From Chiloscyllium plagiosum (Eukaryota): 64,000 nt of DNA. Every line of letters starts with the position of its first letter. Position 1 is the first letter of the stretch. The position numbers were made by a program, and so were the translations under genes. The notes below the pieces were generated by a model that saw nothing but the letters and a program-made list of their open reading frames with translations, was not told the origin of the DNA and did no database searches. Positions 23,335 to 34,227 of this stretch are shown one piece after another. The stretch is from positions 89,465,403-89,529,402 of the forward strand of contig NC_057719.1 of assembly GCF_004010195.1 (NCBI RefSeq), in the 5' to 3' direction.

Positions 23335-25197
23335 TTCTGGAGCAACAGCAGGACCAGTGAGAGCGAGGACGAGGGGACTGCTGCGAGAAGGTAGGTTTCC
23401 CTTTTATTTCGACAGCACAGCTAAGTGGGAGTGGGGAGAGTGAGGAGCTGAGTGGGAGTGGTTGAATTGCACTCTGGGAAGGTCGGTGAATTTAAATATT
23501 TGAACAGCGGCTGATCCTGAGACACTACAGGTGTGGTATCTCCCACCAGCACCCCCTCCTCCGACCAAAAGAAAGACTGTGGTGTAATGATAAGGTAAGG
23601 CTTTTCTGTTTTTTTGTTGTGTGATTTTCTTTTTTTTTCATTTATCCGTTACTTGATATTATAGTTGGTTTAAGTTAAGCTTAAGAGTAAAATTGGCTGC
23701 AGATCTCAGACCCGTGTAATACTCCTTTTGCTCAATGTAGGAAGTCAGGGACGTGACTGATGCCTCGACTCCCTCACATGCAGGAAGTGTGTCCACCTAC
23801 AGCTCTTGTTAGACCGCATGACGGCTGTGGAGCTGCGGATGGACTCACTTTGGAGCATACACGATGCTGAGGGGGTCATGGATAGCATGTTTAGCGAATT
23901 GGTCACACTGCAGATTAGGATTGCTGAGGGAGAAAGGGAATGGGTGACCAAAAGGCGGAGAAAGAGCAGGAAGGCAGTGCAGTTGTCCGGTGTGGTCACC
24001 TCCGTTTAGAACAGGTATACCGTTTTGGATACTGTTGGGGGAGATGGCTCACCAGGGAAAGGCAGCAGTAGTCAGGTTCATTGGTACCGTGGCTGGCTCT
24101 GCTGGGCGGGAGAAAGAATGGAAGGGCTATAGTCATGGGGGATTCAATTTAAGGGGAGTAGATAGACAGTTCTGTGGTCGAAAACAAGATTCCCGAATAG
24201 TATGTTGCTTCCCAGGTGCACGGGTCAGGGATGTCTCAGATCGGCTGCAGGACATTCTGAAGGGGTGGGGAGGTGAACAGCCACCAATGATATCGGTAAT
24301 AAACGGGCTGAGGCCCTACAAGCAGAATTTAGGAAGTTAGGAACCAAGTTTAGAAGTCGTACCTCAGAGGTAGTAATCTCAGGATTGCTACCAGTGCCAT
24401 GTGCTAGTCAGAGTGGAAATGAAAGAAGGGGCATGATGAATGCATAGTTTGAGAGATGGTGTAGGAGGAAGGGATTCAGTTTTTTGGGACATTGGGACCA
24501 GTTCTGGGCGAGGGGGGACTATTACAAATTACACCTGGGCTGGACTGATGTCTTAGGGAGTGCTTTAGCTAATGCTGTTGGGGAGTGTTTAAACTAATGT
24601 GGCAGGGGGAAGGGGAGCAATTGAGGAGGTTAGTGGACAGTCAGGTGGTAGTAACTAAAGCCTGTAAGGAACTAGATAATGAAGTCAGTTTGACTAAGGG
24701 GAAGAGGAGGCAGGGAGCAGATGATGAATACAAAGGGACTGGTGGTCTGAGGTGCATTTGTTTTAATGCAAGAAGTGTAGTAGGAAAGATAGATGAACTT
24801 AGGGCTTGGATTAGTACCTGGGAGTATGATGTTATTACTATTAGATTAGATTTCTTACAGTGTGGAAATAGGCCCTTCGGCCCAACAAGTCCACACCGCC
24901 CGCCGAAGCGCAACCCACCCATACCCCTACATTTACCCCTTATCTAACACTACGGGCAATTTAGCATGGCCAATTCACCTGACCTGCACATCTTTGGACA
25001 GTGGGAGGAAACCGGAGCACCTGGAGGAAACCCACGCAGACACGGGGAGAATGTGCAAACTCCACACAGTCAGTCACCTGAGTCGGGAATTGAACCCGGG
25101 TCTCTGGCGCTGTGAGGCAGCAGTGCTAACCACTGTGCCACCGGGCCGCCCATTACTGAGACTTGGTTGAGGAAAGGGCACTATTGGCAACTAATTG
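23335..25197 (+). mobile_element. 5' part of a CR1 LINE (5'UTR, ORF1, start of ORF2), same subfamily as 46545
   Basis: DRMTAVELRMDSLWSIHDAEGVMDSMFSELVT, CCFPGARVRDVSDRL and LRCICFNARSVVGK; high similarity to 46545-47640. Confidence 0.85.
24841..25151 (-). mobile_element. HE1-type SINE inserted in the CR1 ORF2 endonuclease region
   Basis: Splits the CR1 frame YDVIT-I|TETWL; full head and tail present. Confidence 0.9.
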
Positions 25198-25199
25198 TT

Positions 25200-25526
25200 C
25201 ATAGTGGCTCAATAATTAGCACAGCTGCCTCTCAGCACTAGGGACTCTGGTTCAATTCCGGCCTCGGGCGATTGTCTGTGTGGAGTTAGCAAGTTCTCCC
25301 TGTATCTGCGTGGGTTTCCTGCGGGTACTCTAGTTTCCTCCCACAATCCAAAGATATGCATGTTAGGTGAATTGGCCATGTTAAATTGCCCATCGTGTTC
25401 AGGGATGTGTAGGTTAAGTGCATTAGTTAAGGGTAAATGTAGAGTACTAGGGTGGGGGGAAATGGGTCAGTGTGGACATGTTGGGCCGAACGGCCCGTTT
25501 CCACACTGTGGGGATTCTATGATTCT
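25200..25526 (+). mobile_element. HE1-type SINE, older copy
   Basis: Diverged A/B boxes and core; head-to-head with the 24841-25151 copy. Confidence 0.8.
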
Positions 25527-27064
25527 AAGTTGATCGAGTATTTTGAGAAAGCGATGAAGATGATTGATGAGGCAAAGTGGTTGAAGCTCAGTGAAGTCTT
25601 TGTTAAGGTCCCTCATGGCAATGTGGTAGAAAAGGTGAAATCACATTGTATCAGGAATGAGCTGAACGATGAATACAGAACTGGCTTAGTGATAAGAGAT
25701 AGAGGATAGTGATAGAAGAATGCTTTTCCAAATGGACGGTTATGGTTACTTGTTTTCAACAGGGATCAGTGCTGGGGCATCTTTTGTTTGTGGTATAAAT
25801 GATTTGGAAGAAAGCTTGGCTGGTCCAGTTAGTAAGTTTGTGGACAATGCTGAGATTGGTGGAGTTGTGGATAATGAAGAGCATTGTCAGAGGATAGAGC
25901 AGAATAAAGATCATTTGGAGGCGTGGACAGAAAAATGGCAGATGGAGTTTAATCTGGACAAATGTGAGGTGATGCAATTTGGAAGGTACAGGTGAAAATT
26001 ATACAATGAATGACAGAACTCTTAGGAGTATTGATATGCAGGGGGATCCAGGTGTGCAGGTCCAAAAGTTATCCAATGCCCAAATGCATTGGTGTTTAGG
26101 CTACTGTTGTGCCTGGTGGAAGCAGGCACCTCTATGAATACGTGAATAGGAAGGGAATAGAGTGATACGTATCCTGTAAGTGAAGACAGTTTTAGTATGG
26201 AGGGGCAAAATGTGTTGAAGCAGGCTTGGAGGGCCTGTTCCTGTTCTCTTGTTCTCTTTGTTCTCTTGTTCTTAGCTGATCCAGGGATGCTTGCATTTGT
26301 GAATTAGCCAACAAGATCCAGCTTAGATTCTAACATCCAGGATTAACTGACATAAATGTGAATTAACAGACCAACTGTGAGCTGACTTACCACATGGGGC
26401 ACTTTAAGAGGTCAGACCTTTAAGACAGATCCTGTAGATATTTTTAACATTGGTAGTCATTAAATCTCACTAAAACTGTCTCCTTTGCAAGGGACTCCAG
26501 TACTTCACTTTTAAAAATCTAGATTCAGAATGTTCAAAACCTTTGACACAGTGAGTGTCTTAGTAGCTCTTCTGAGACAGAGTTCCAAAGGACTCCTGAG
26601 AATGCTCCTAGACATCTGATTAAAAATTGAAGCTTGCAGTTATCAATGACTAACTTCATCAAACCACTTTCTCTTACCTCCATTTTAGCAGTTGCTTCAA
26701 ATAGATATTGTTTGTGAGCTTCCTTCAGCCCACTCTCAGATGTACCTAATTCAGAGTAGCTCCCCAAGCTATTTTCTCCAGCCTTAAACATTTTCCACCG
26801 CATGAAGCCACCTTCCCTGGCCAATGTCAAGCACAGGCAGCCTCACATCCCCTTTATTGTTCATTTTTGCGCCAAAGCTGGAATGAAGACAGGACTCAAA
26901 TGGGCCAAGCACACCCAAGCCTTAGTAGGTGATAATCAGCAGGAGAATTTGTTCCTAATTTTGACCTGATATCATGACTTATCTGGATCTGAAGTTAATG
27001 TTGAGAGCTCCCTCCTGACTGTATACCACTCTGCTGAGTCTGTCCTGACAGTGGGCAGTGGTGT

Positions 27065-27245
27065 TAGTGGCGAGAGTGTGGTGCTGGAAAAGCACAGCAG
27101 GTCAGGCAGCATCCAAGGAGCAAGAAAATTGACGTTCCAGCAAAAGCCCTTCAGGAAGGGCTCCCCGAATGCTGCCTGACCTGTGCTTTTCCAGCGCCAC
27201 ACTCTCAACTCTAATCTCCAGCATCTGCAGTCCTCACTTTTGCCC
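27065..27245. mobile_element. Palindromic PLE-tail mini-element
   Basis: GAGAGTGTGGTGCTGGAAAAGCACAG..CTGTGCTTTTCCAGCGCCACACTCTC inverted arms; hammerhead remnants at the centre. Confidence 0.75.
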
Positions 27246-27461
27246 AATGGTAGTAGTGGCATTTGGGGCTTAATGGCATGGAAGCATATCTCTGAGATAA
27301 TGTCAGGTTGTTGCTTGACTCTTTTTGTGAGACAGCTCTCCTAATTTTGACCCAAATGCTCATTTACTAAAGAGAACTTGGCAGTGTCAGCCAGGCTGTT
27401 TGCCATTATCATTTAAAGAACCTTAGTCAATTTTGTGTGGTACATCTGGAATCATAAAAGC

Positions 27462-27626
27462 AGGCAAAAGTGAGGACTGCAGATGCTGGAAATCAGAGTC
27501 TAGATTAGAGTGGTGCTGAAAAAGCACAGCAGGTCAGGCAGCATCCGAGGAGCAGGAAAATTCCTGAAGAAGGGCTTTTGCCCGCTGCCTGACCTGGCTG
27601 TGCTTTTCCAGCACCACTCTAATCTA
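27462..27626. mobile_element. Palindromic PLE-tail mini-element
   Basis: 13-bp TSD GAATCATAAAAGC at 27449-27461 and 27627-27639. Inverted arms; partial hammerhead TTCCTGAAGAAGGGCTTTTGCCCG at the centre. Confidence 0.82.
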
Positions 27627-27924
27627 GAATCATAAAAGCCCTACAGTGTACAGTTTCCTACAATCCATTCTGCCCATCAAGTCCACACCACCCCTCTGAA
27701 GACCATCCAAAACCACCGTCTCCACCTTATTCCTGTTGCCCTGTACTTTCCAGTTAATCCATCTAATCTACCTAGCTGCTGATCGCTGGACACCATGGGC
27801 AACTTAGCATGGCCAATCTACCTCACCTGTACATCTTTGGACATCTGGTTTCTTTTATTTTCTCAAACTTGGTAGCATTTGGACACAACTGGTTTGCTAT
27901 TTGCTGAGTTAGTTAAGTTTATCT

Positions 27925-28805
27925 TGTCATGACTTACTGGGAAGAGTGAGCCACTAAATGTCCCCACTGTTCCACGAGCCCCATGAGCCATCACAAAATG
28001 TATAAAATCACAATTAGTCCACTAAGCTGACCAATTTTCCACTCTGACTGCTATTCAGGACAAAACCTGATATCATGTTTACAAAAACATATTTGTTGTA
28101 ACAAAAGAGAATTACTAATCTATTATGTGATTTAAACTACAACTCTTTAAAATCCCCAAATAGGTGTACACACTATCATGACTAGGAGGCTATTTGACAC
28201 ACATGGGTGGAAAAGAACTGTAGATGAAAACTCCAGGTCGCTAGGTTGGGTTACATTTGTTCTCACACAGTTTCTTTTGATTTTTAACACTGATGACATG
28301 CTGTTATCTATGATGGGATCGTTTTCTTCACTTCAGTCGCTCATCTGGTGAACGGGCAGGAGACTAGAAGAACACAGGAAGCATCAGGAAGTGGTGAAGT
28401 CAGAACCTGGCTTCTTCAGAACCTGGCTGTTTTGATGTTAGAATGATTTCTCCTCAATTTTTTTGTTCTTTTCACTCACTTTGGAGTATATGCATATATA
28501 GAGAGAAGTGAGAGATACTTTCAATTCACAGGCACCAGACGTATCTTCACTTGCAGCTTTTTAGCAAACCGCAGCTCAGCCAATTGGAAGGCAATCGTCG
28601 GGCAGTTTTTTCTCAACTAAACCCACTCTGTTTCGAGTATCCTCCTCAATGCTTCAAAAGACAACATTGTCTTGCACAGTTCAAAATGTGCTGCACTTGA
28701 CTTTTCACTTGAAATTTGCAAAACTGTCATAGTTCAATTATTTAGTGGTGTCTGACTTCCATTCAAGTTCTCAATTCACAAAGGAAAAATATGTGGTGCC
28801 TCACA
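27925..28805. mobile_element. Probable solo LTR (TG..CA, about 880 bp)
   Basis: Begins TGTCATGA, ends CCTCACA; 4-bp flanks ATCT/GTCT. Appears to split a repeat that is contiguous at about 54480-54530. No coding motifs. Confidence 0.5.
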
Positions 28806-29789
28806 GTCTGGAGTCATGTAAGCGAGAATGGCAGATTTTTCTTAAAGGGCATTAGTGAGCCAGATGCATTTTTATGACCATTGTCAGTTGTTACATAGTC
28901 AACATTACGCAGCTTTTGATTCCAGCTGTATTTAATTAAAGTCAAATTTCATCCTCAGATCCTTGGTCTCTGGATTGCTGATCCAGTGACAGTACCACCA
29001 CAACATCATCTCCCTATATTTGGCAGGTCATAAAACTATGGGTGAAAAATTAATGACAGGGAAAATTATTTCAATAGATCAAAAAGTCCAGACTATAAGG
29101 TGGAGAGTTATTTCTCTTAGCTGTCAAGATTTTAGCAATAATGACATGACTTCTGCAAGATTATGATCAACTTTAATTCAATAGCTGATCATGTGGATAG
29201 AGGTCTTGTTTTAGAATTTATTCTTTTGAGTCGATAGTTTATTCCCCCCCCCTTCACTTGTACAGAGAGAAAAAAAGAGAAAAATCCCCTACTTTTGGAT
29301 GCTTTTGACTACACTATCAGGAAGAATCCCTTCTGATACTTGTAAAACTATAAAGCAGTCTCTCCAACTTTGATTTTCAGGTTTTATCCCTAAAAATATG
29401 TTTATTTATTTCTTGGATTTTGGTGTCGTTTCCTGGCCAATATTTATTCCCCATTGCTAGTTACCCTTGAAAAGATGATGGTGAGTTTCTTTCTTGAACT
29501 TACAGTCCTTAAAGGAAAAATATAAGGTCCCTTACAATGGTCAAGTTTTATTTATTTAATACTGTGGAATCTCATGCCTGTGTACCCTTAATTAGTATCT
29601 GAGATTTGGAACTTTGTTTTGGGTCCTGGAGCTAGACACCTGAATCAAATCAGCCTCCCTACCTGTGTATTCACAACACAGTAAAAGTCAAACCTTCAAA
29701 GACCCTAAAAATTGACACCTTTTATCATGCAGGAGAAAGTGAGGACTGCAGATGCTGGAGATCAGAGCTGAAAATGTGTTGCTGGAAAA

Positions 29790-30050
29790 NNNNNNNNNNN
29801 NNNNNNNNNNNNNNNNNNNNNNNNNNNNNNNNNNNNNNNNNNNNNNNNNNNNNNNNNNNNNNNNNNNNNNNNNNNNNNNNNNNNNNNNNNNNNNNNNNNN
29901 NNNNNNNNNNNNNNNNNNNNNNNNNNNNNNNNNNNNNNNNNNNNNNNNNNNNNNNNNNNNNNNNNNNNNNNNNNNNNNNNNNNNNNNNNNNNNNNNNNNN
30001 NNNNNNNNNNNNNNNNNNNNNNNNNNNNNNNNNNNNNNNNNNNNNNNNNN
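29790..30050. other. Assembly gap (261 N)
   Basis: Run of N between a PLE-tail arm (29731-29789) and a minus-strand SINE head (30051-30119). Confidence 0.99.
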
Positions 30051-32273
30051 GCGGGAATTGAACCCGGGTCTCTGGCGCTGTGAGGCAACAGTGCTAACCA
30101 CTGTGCTACCGTGCCACCCACTTTGTTTAAAGTTTTGTGTCATCCCTTATCCCTCTATTAGCCGAAACAAAAAGCTCAGAGACACAGAGTAGTTTTACCT
30201 CCTTCATCTTTATTCTGGGCCCTGGAGAGTGAGAGAACCATTACCCACGTGCACAGAGACGTGAAATCTCGGTCTTCTCTCTCGAACGGCAGTTTCATAA
30301 TGAACTGCATAGTGACTTTGCCGGGAGGAGCATCCAGATAAGGCAACATACATATTTATTGACCGTTACAATCAGCAAGTGTCAATGGTAAAGATTAAGC
30401 CATCTACTGTTACACAATGAATGTTCTTAACCTTGTTAACTGGCTTCACATAATGAATACTTTTCACCTTGTTAAATTGAACTTACCTACTGAATGCCAC
30501 CTCATCTTGTTAAATGGCTGTACATAATGGCTGCTTTTCCATCTTGTTAACCCATTACCTTTGTCTCCACCCCATTGTTAACTGTATTTCTTAACTGAGT
30601 CATGCTCAGCTGAAACACTTGTTTCACAAAACTCAAAACTTAACTCTTTTCCTTGTCAATTTTATCAGGATTTGGCAACAGTGGGAGTCTGGGCTGATAT
30701 GACAACCTAAGTTTACATTGAATGTCAAGGCCACAGAATGGGCGTAAATTAAGTTTTTACTGAAATACAAGGGAATTTAGTTATGGTCAGAAACTCAGCT
30801 CTTTCTTAGATACCCTGAATAATTTCTGTGAAAATGTGTCTATAGTGGTTATGACCATCTCAAAAACAACTAACCTTGCCAGTGATGCTCACATCAGATT
30901 AAAAACAAACTTTAACTTGAAAGCCAGAATATATTTCTTGGAGATTTTATAGTATCTGACCAATCTGATTGAATTCTTTGAGGTAGCAGAGAAGGTGATG
31001 AAAGATAAGATGATGCTTGTCTGGAATTTCAGAAAATATATGGCAAACTGCTACATTGGCAGCTTGTGGTGTAGCTTGAAGATTGTGGAATTGAGAAGGT
31101 ATGGATGCTGAGTTAACTTGATAACAGATCAGTGGTGGTAGATGAATAGCTTTTGTACTTTGAGAGGTAGTTTGCACCAGTGTCCCCCAACAGTCAATGT
31201 GTTTTTATTTCTTCTTGAAATGTGCATTGCTAAATGCTAGCATTTATCCCTCAGTCCCTAATTGAATTGCCTTTCAAACAGTTAACATGGTTTATGTGCA
31301 TCTGTGGTACTGAGTGGTAGATTTTTACTCAAAGACAGTGCAGTGAAATACTTCCACATCAACGTCCACATGATTTCAGCTAATGTAACTAAGGGACCAA
31401 TCCGATCCCAGAATGAAATCTGGCTGGAGAGATAATTTGTTTTAATTTGAAGTGGTGATCTTTCACTGAGACATAAACATGCAAGGCTACAGGTTGTTTT
31501 CAGCAATAAAGCAGGAGCTTGTTACACAAAATAAATGAAAATAAAACAAAACAAACCAAGCAAACTACATAAAACATAGCCAAAAAGTTTCAAAGTACAA
31601 GGCAAAATGAATTTCTATCTAGTCCTCAACACTATCACTTCACAGTTACTCATAAACCAGGTAAATCTCTCTTTCCAACCAAATCTATAGGGTTTGACAT
31701 AACTGCTTAGGTTTCTTAAGCCAGTGTAATTTGAATTCAGTGAAACTTTAGAATTTATAAAAAGAAAGTAGTAGCCCAGTGGCAACCATGTAATCGCTTT
31801 TGATTGTCATAAAAACCCCATCTGGTTTACTAGTGTCCTCCAGGCAGGGAAATCTGCCATTCTTGATCTGTATGTGACTCCTGACCTGCAACAACGTGGT
31901 TAACTCTTAACCGTCCTCTGGGCAATCAGGGATGGGCAATAAATGCTGACTACACCAGTGACTGACATTACAGGAGCAAATAAAAAGAAATTGCTGATGA
32001 GATGGTTGGTGCAACAGTTTAATATTCCAAAATGTCCTTGATTCGAGGTAGGTAGATGCTTGGAGAATAGTGAGTTACAACTCTTTTAGCCAAAAGGGGA
32101 GGGACACAAATGCGAAAGTATTTAGTTCAACATCTATTGTAAGGAGAATGATAGAAAGTATTATTAAATAATAATTAAAGAAGCTATTATTAAAGTGTAT
32201 ATGAATAAGTTCCAAGAAAATCACAGAGTCAACGTGGTTTCACAAAATCATGTTTAACCAATCTGTTGGGAGT

Positions 32274-32477
32274 TTAGATTACTTACAGTGTGGAAACAGG
32301 CCCTTCGGCCCAACAAGTCCACACCGACCCGCCGAAGCGCAACCCACCCATACCCCTACATTTACCCCTTATTACCTAACACTAAGGGCAATTTAGCATG
32401 GCCAATTCACCTAACCTGCACATCTTTGGACTGTGGGAGGAAACCGGAGCACTAACCACTGTGCCACCGTGCCGCCC
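32274..32477 (-). mobile_element. HE1-type SINE with internal deletion
   Basis: Tail and head intact but joined at GGAGCAC|TAACC; the B-box region is missing. Confidence 0.85.
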
Positions 32478-34012
32478 ATAAAGTTCTTTGACGAGATAAC
32501 ACATGCTTTGATAAACTGGTGAATGTACTGAACTTGGATTTCAAAAAGACATTTTATAAGGTGCCCTTTCCAATGTTTTTGTGGAAAATAAAATTTCACG
32601 GTGTTGGGGTTAACATATTGCGATATGTAATGAGTGCTGTAGGAATTGGTGCTGGGACCTCAACTGTTACTCATGAAAGGACAAACTGTCGTTGCCAATG
32701 TTTGCTGCCAACACAAAGGCTGGAATGTAGGTTATGAAGAGGACAGGAGGTTACAAAAATAGATATAGGTTAAGTGAGTCAGCAAAGATGAGACAAATGA
32801 TGTATGTGTGTGTATGTATGAGAAAACATGAAATTGTCCACTTTTGCAGGAAGAATAAAAGAAAATATCATCGAAATGGTAGAGTGTAGCGCTCAGATGC
32901 AGAAGAATTTGAGCATCCTCATCTCTGAATTACAAAATCAAAGCAATTAGTGTGCAGGTAATAGGAAAGCTGTCATTTAATGAGTGGAATTGAATGTAAA
33001 GCTATGGAGGTTATGCTTCGGTTATGTAGTGCACTGGTATCTGGAACATTGTGTATTGGTCACTGGGGGTCAGTTAGTTCAGTTGGCTGGATAGCTAGTT
33101 TGCAATGAATAGAAGCTGGTTCTGATGATTATAGAATCTAAGCTCAGAGAATAGAGCCCAAAACGTTAAGCCATGCTATATCAAAGAAGCATTTTGAAAT
33201 ACTTATACAGGCAAGTATTGGTACAAGTTTGGAATTCTCTTCTATAAGCAGCAATTAATGCCAGACCACTTTCTAATTTTAAATCTGTTTGGGTATATTT
33301 TTGTCAGCCAGAATATTAAAGGAACTGGGATGTATGGTGTTCTGTCACAAATAAGGAATGATCTCACTGAATGGCAGAACGTGGTTGAAGCCTACTTCTG
33401 TTCCTGTGTTTATTTTTTAGGGGTTGGATTATGAGAACATAACCTTTGCTTGTATTGCCTTGATTTAGAGTAAATGGCTGGTCTAAGCAGAAATCTGATA
33501 GGGTAGATACAGCGCAGTTAGTTCATCTGGCAAAAAAATCTATAACAAGATAGCCTAAAGTATTAGATCTAGAATATGTAACAGTAGAGTGAGGAAGCAC
33601 TTTTCCCTTTCAGCTTTGTGGAAATTTGGAACTTGTTCTTCCAAAGTGCTTTAGATTCTTGGTCAGGTTTGATTTACATTTGTTATTAATCGCGGAAAGA
33701 GTAATGAAGCCCATCAAGTTGCATTGCGGAACTGTAGTGCTGTGGGGGTATTTTTAATTTTGGGGTTTAGGTGTATGAAAATTCCACAAGTAAAATACCT
33801 TGTCATTGTCTCTTATTCAGATTTAGGGATTGATTCTCATAATCCAATAATATTTAGGAGTGAATGTCTGAACTTGCTCTGATTTCAAGATCACCTACTT
33901 CCAGTTGCACTTTGCTTACTATTAGACTGTTAGATGAGCAGCCCAGAATAGAATACATGGTAACAATTCACAACTATATTTATGTATTTTATCTATTTCA
34001 ATGTTACTACAG

Positions 34013-34227
34013 ATAGACCTTCAGAGATGCCAGAAAAGCTTCTGCAGGAACGATTTCGCAAACTTAGTCGGTTTCCAGAAGCTTTCTGTTCCATTCAGTA
34101 CAAAGGGACCAGAACATATAATCCTCCAACGGACTTTTCCGGAGTGTTACGGACCATTGAACAGCAGTTGAATAACAACGCAACTCGATCACCCAGACCT
34201 CCAGGAATCATTTTCAAGGCATTGAAA
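34013..34227 (+). CDS. ZFYVE1: ZFYVE1 coding exon 3
   Basis: Acceptor TACTACAG|AT completes a G|AT (Asp) codon. Encodes DRPSEMPEKLLQERFRKLSRFPEAF..YKGTRTYNPPTDFSG..RSPRPPGIIFKALK. Donor AAA|GTAGGA; 215 nt, ends phase 0. Confidence 0.95.

Noticed and set aside
29688..30192. ORFs crossing the N run
   Set aside because: Artefacts of translating N as X.
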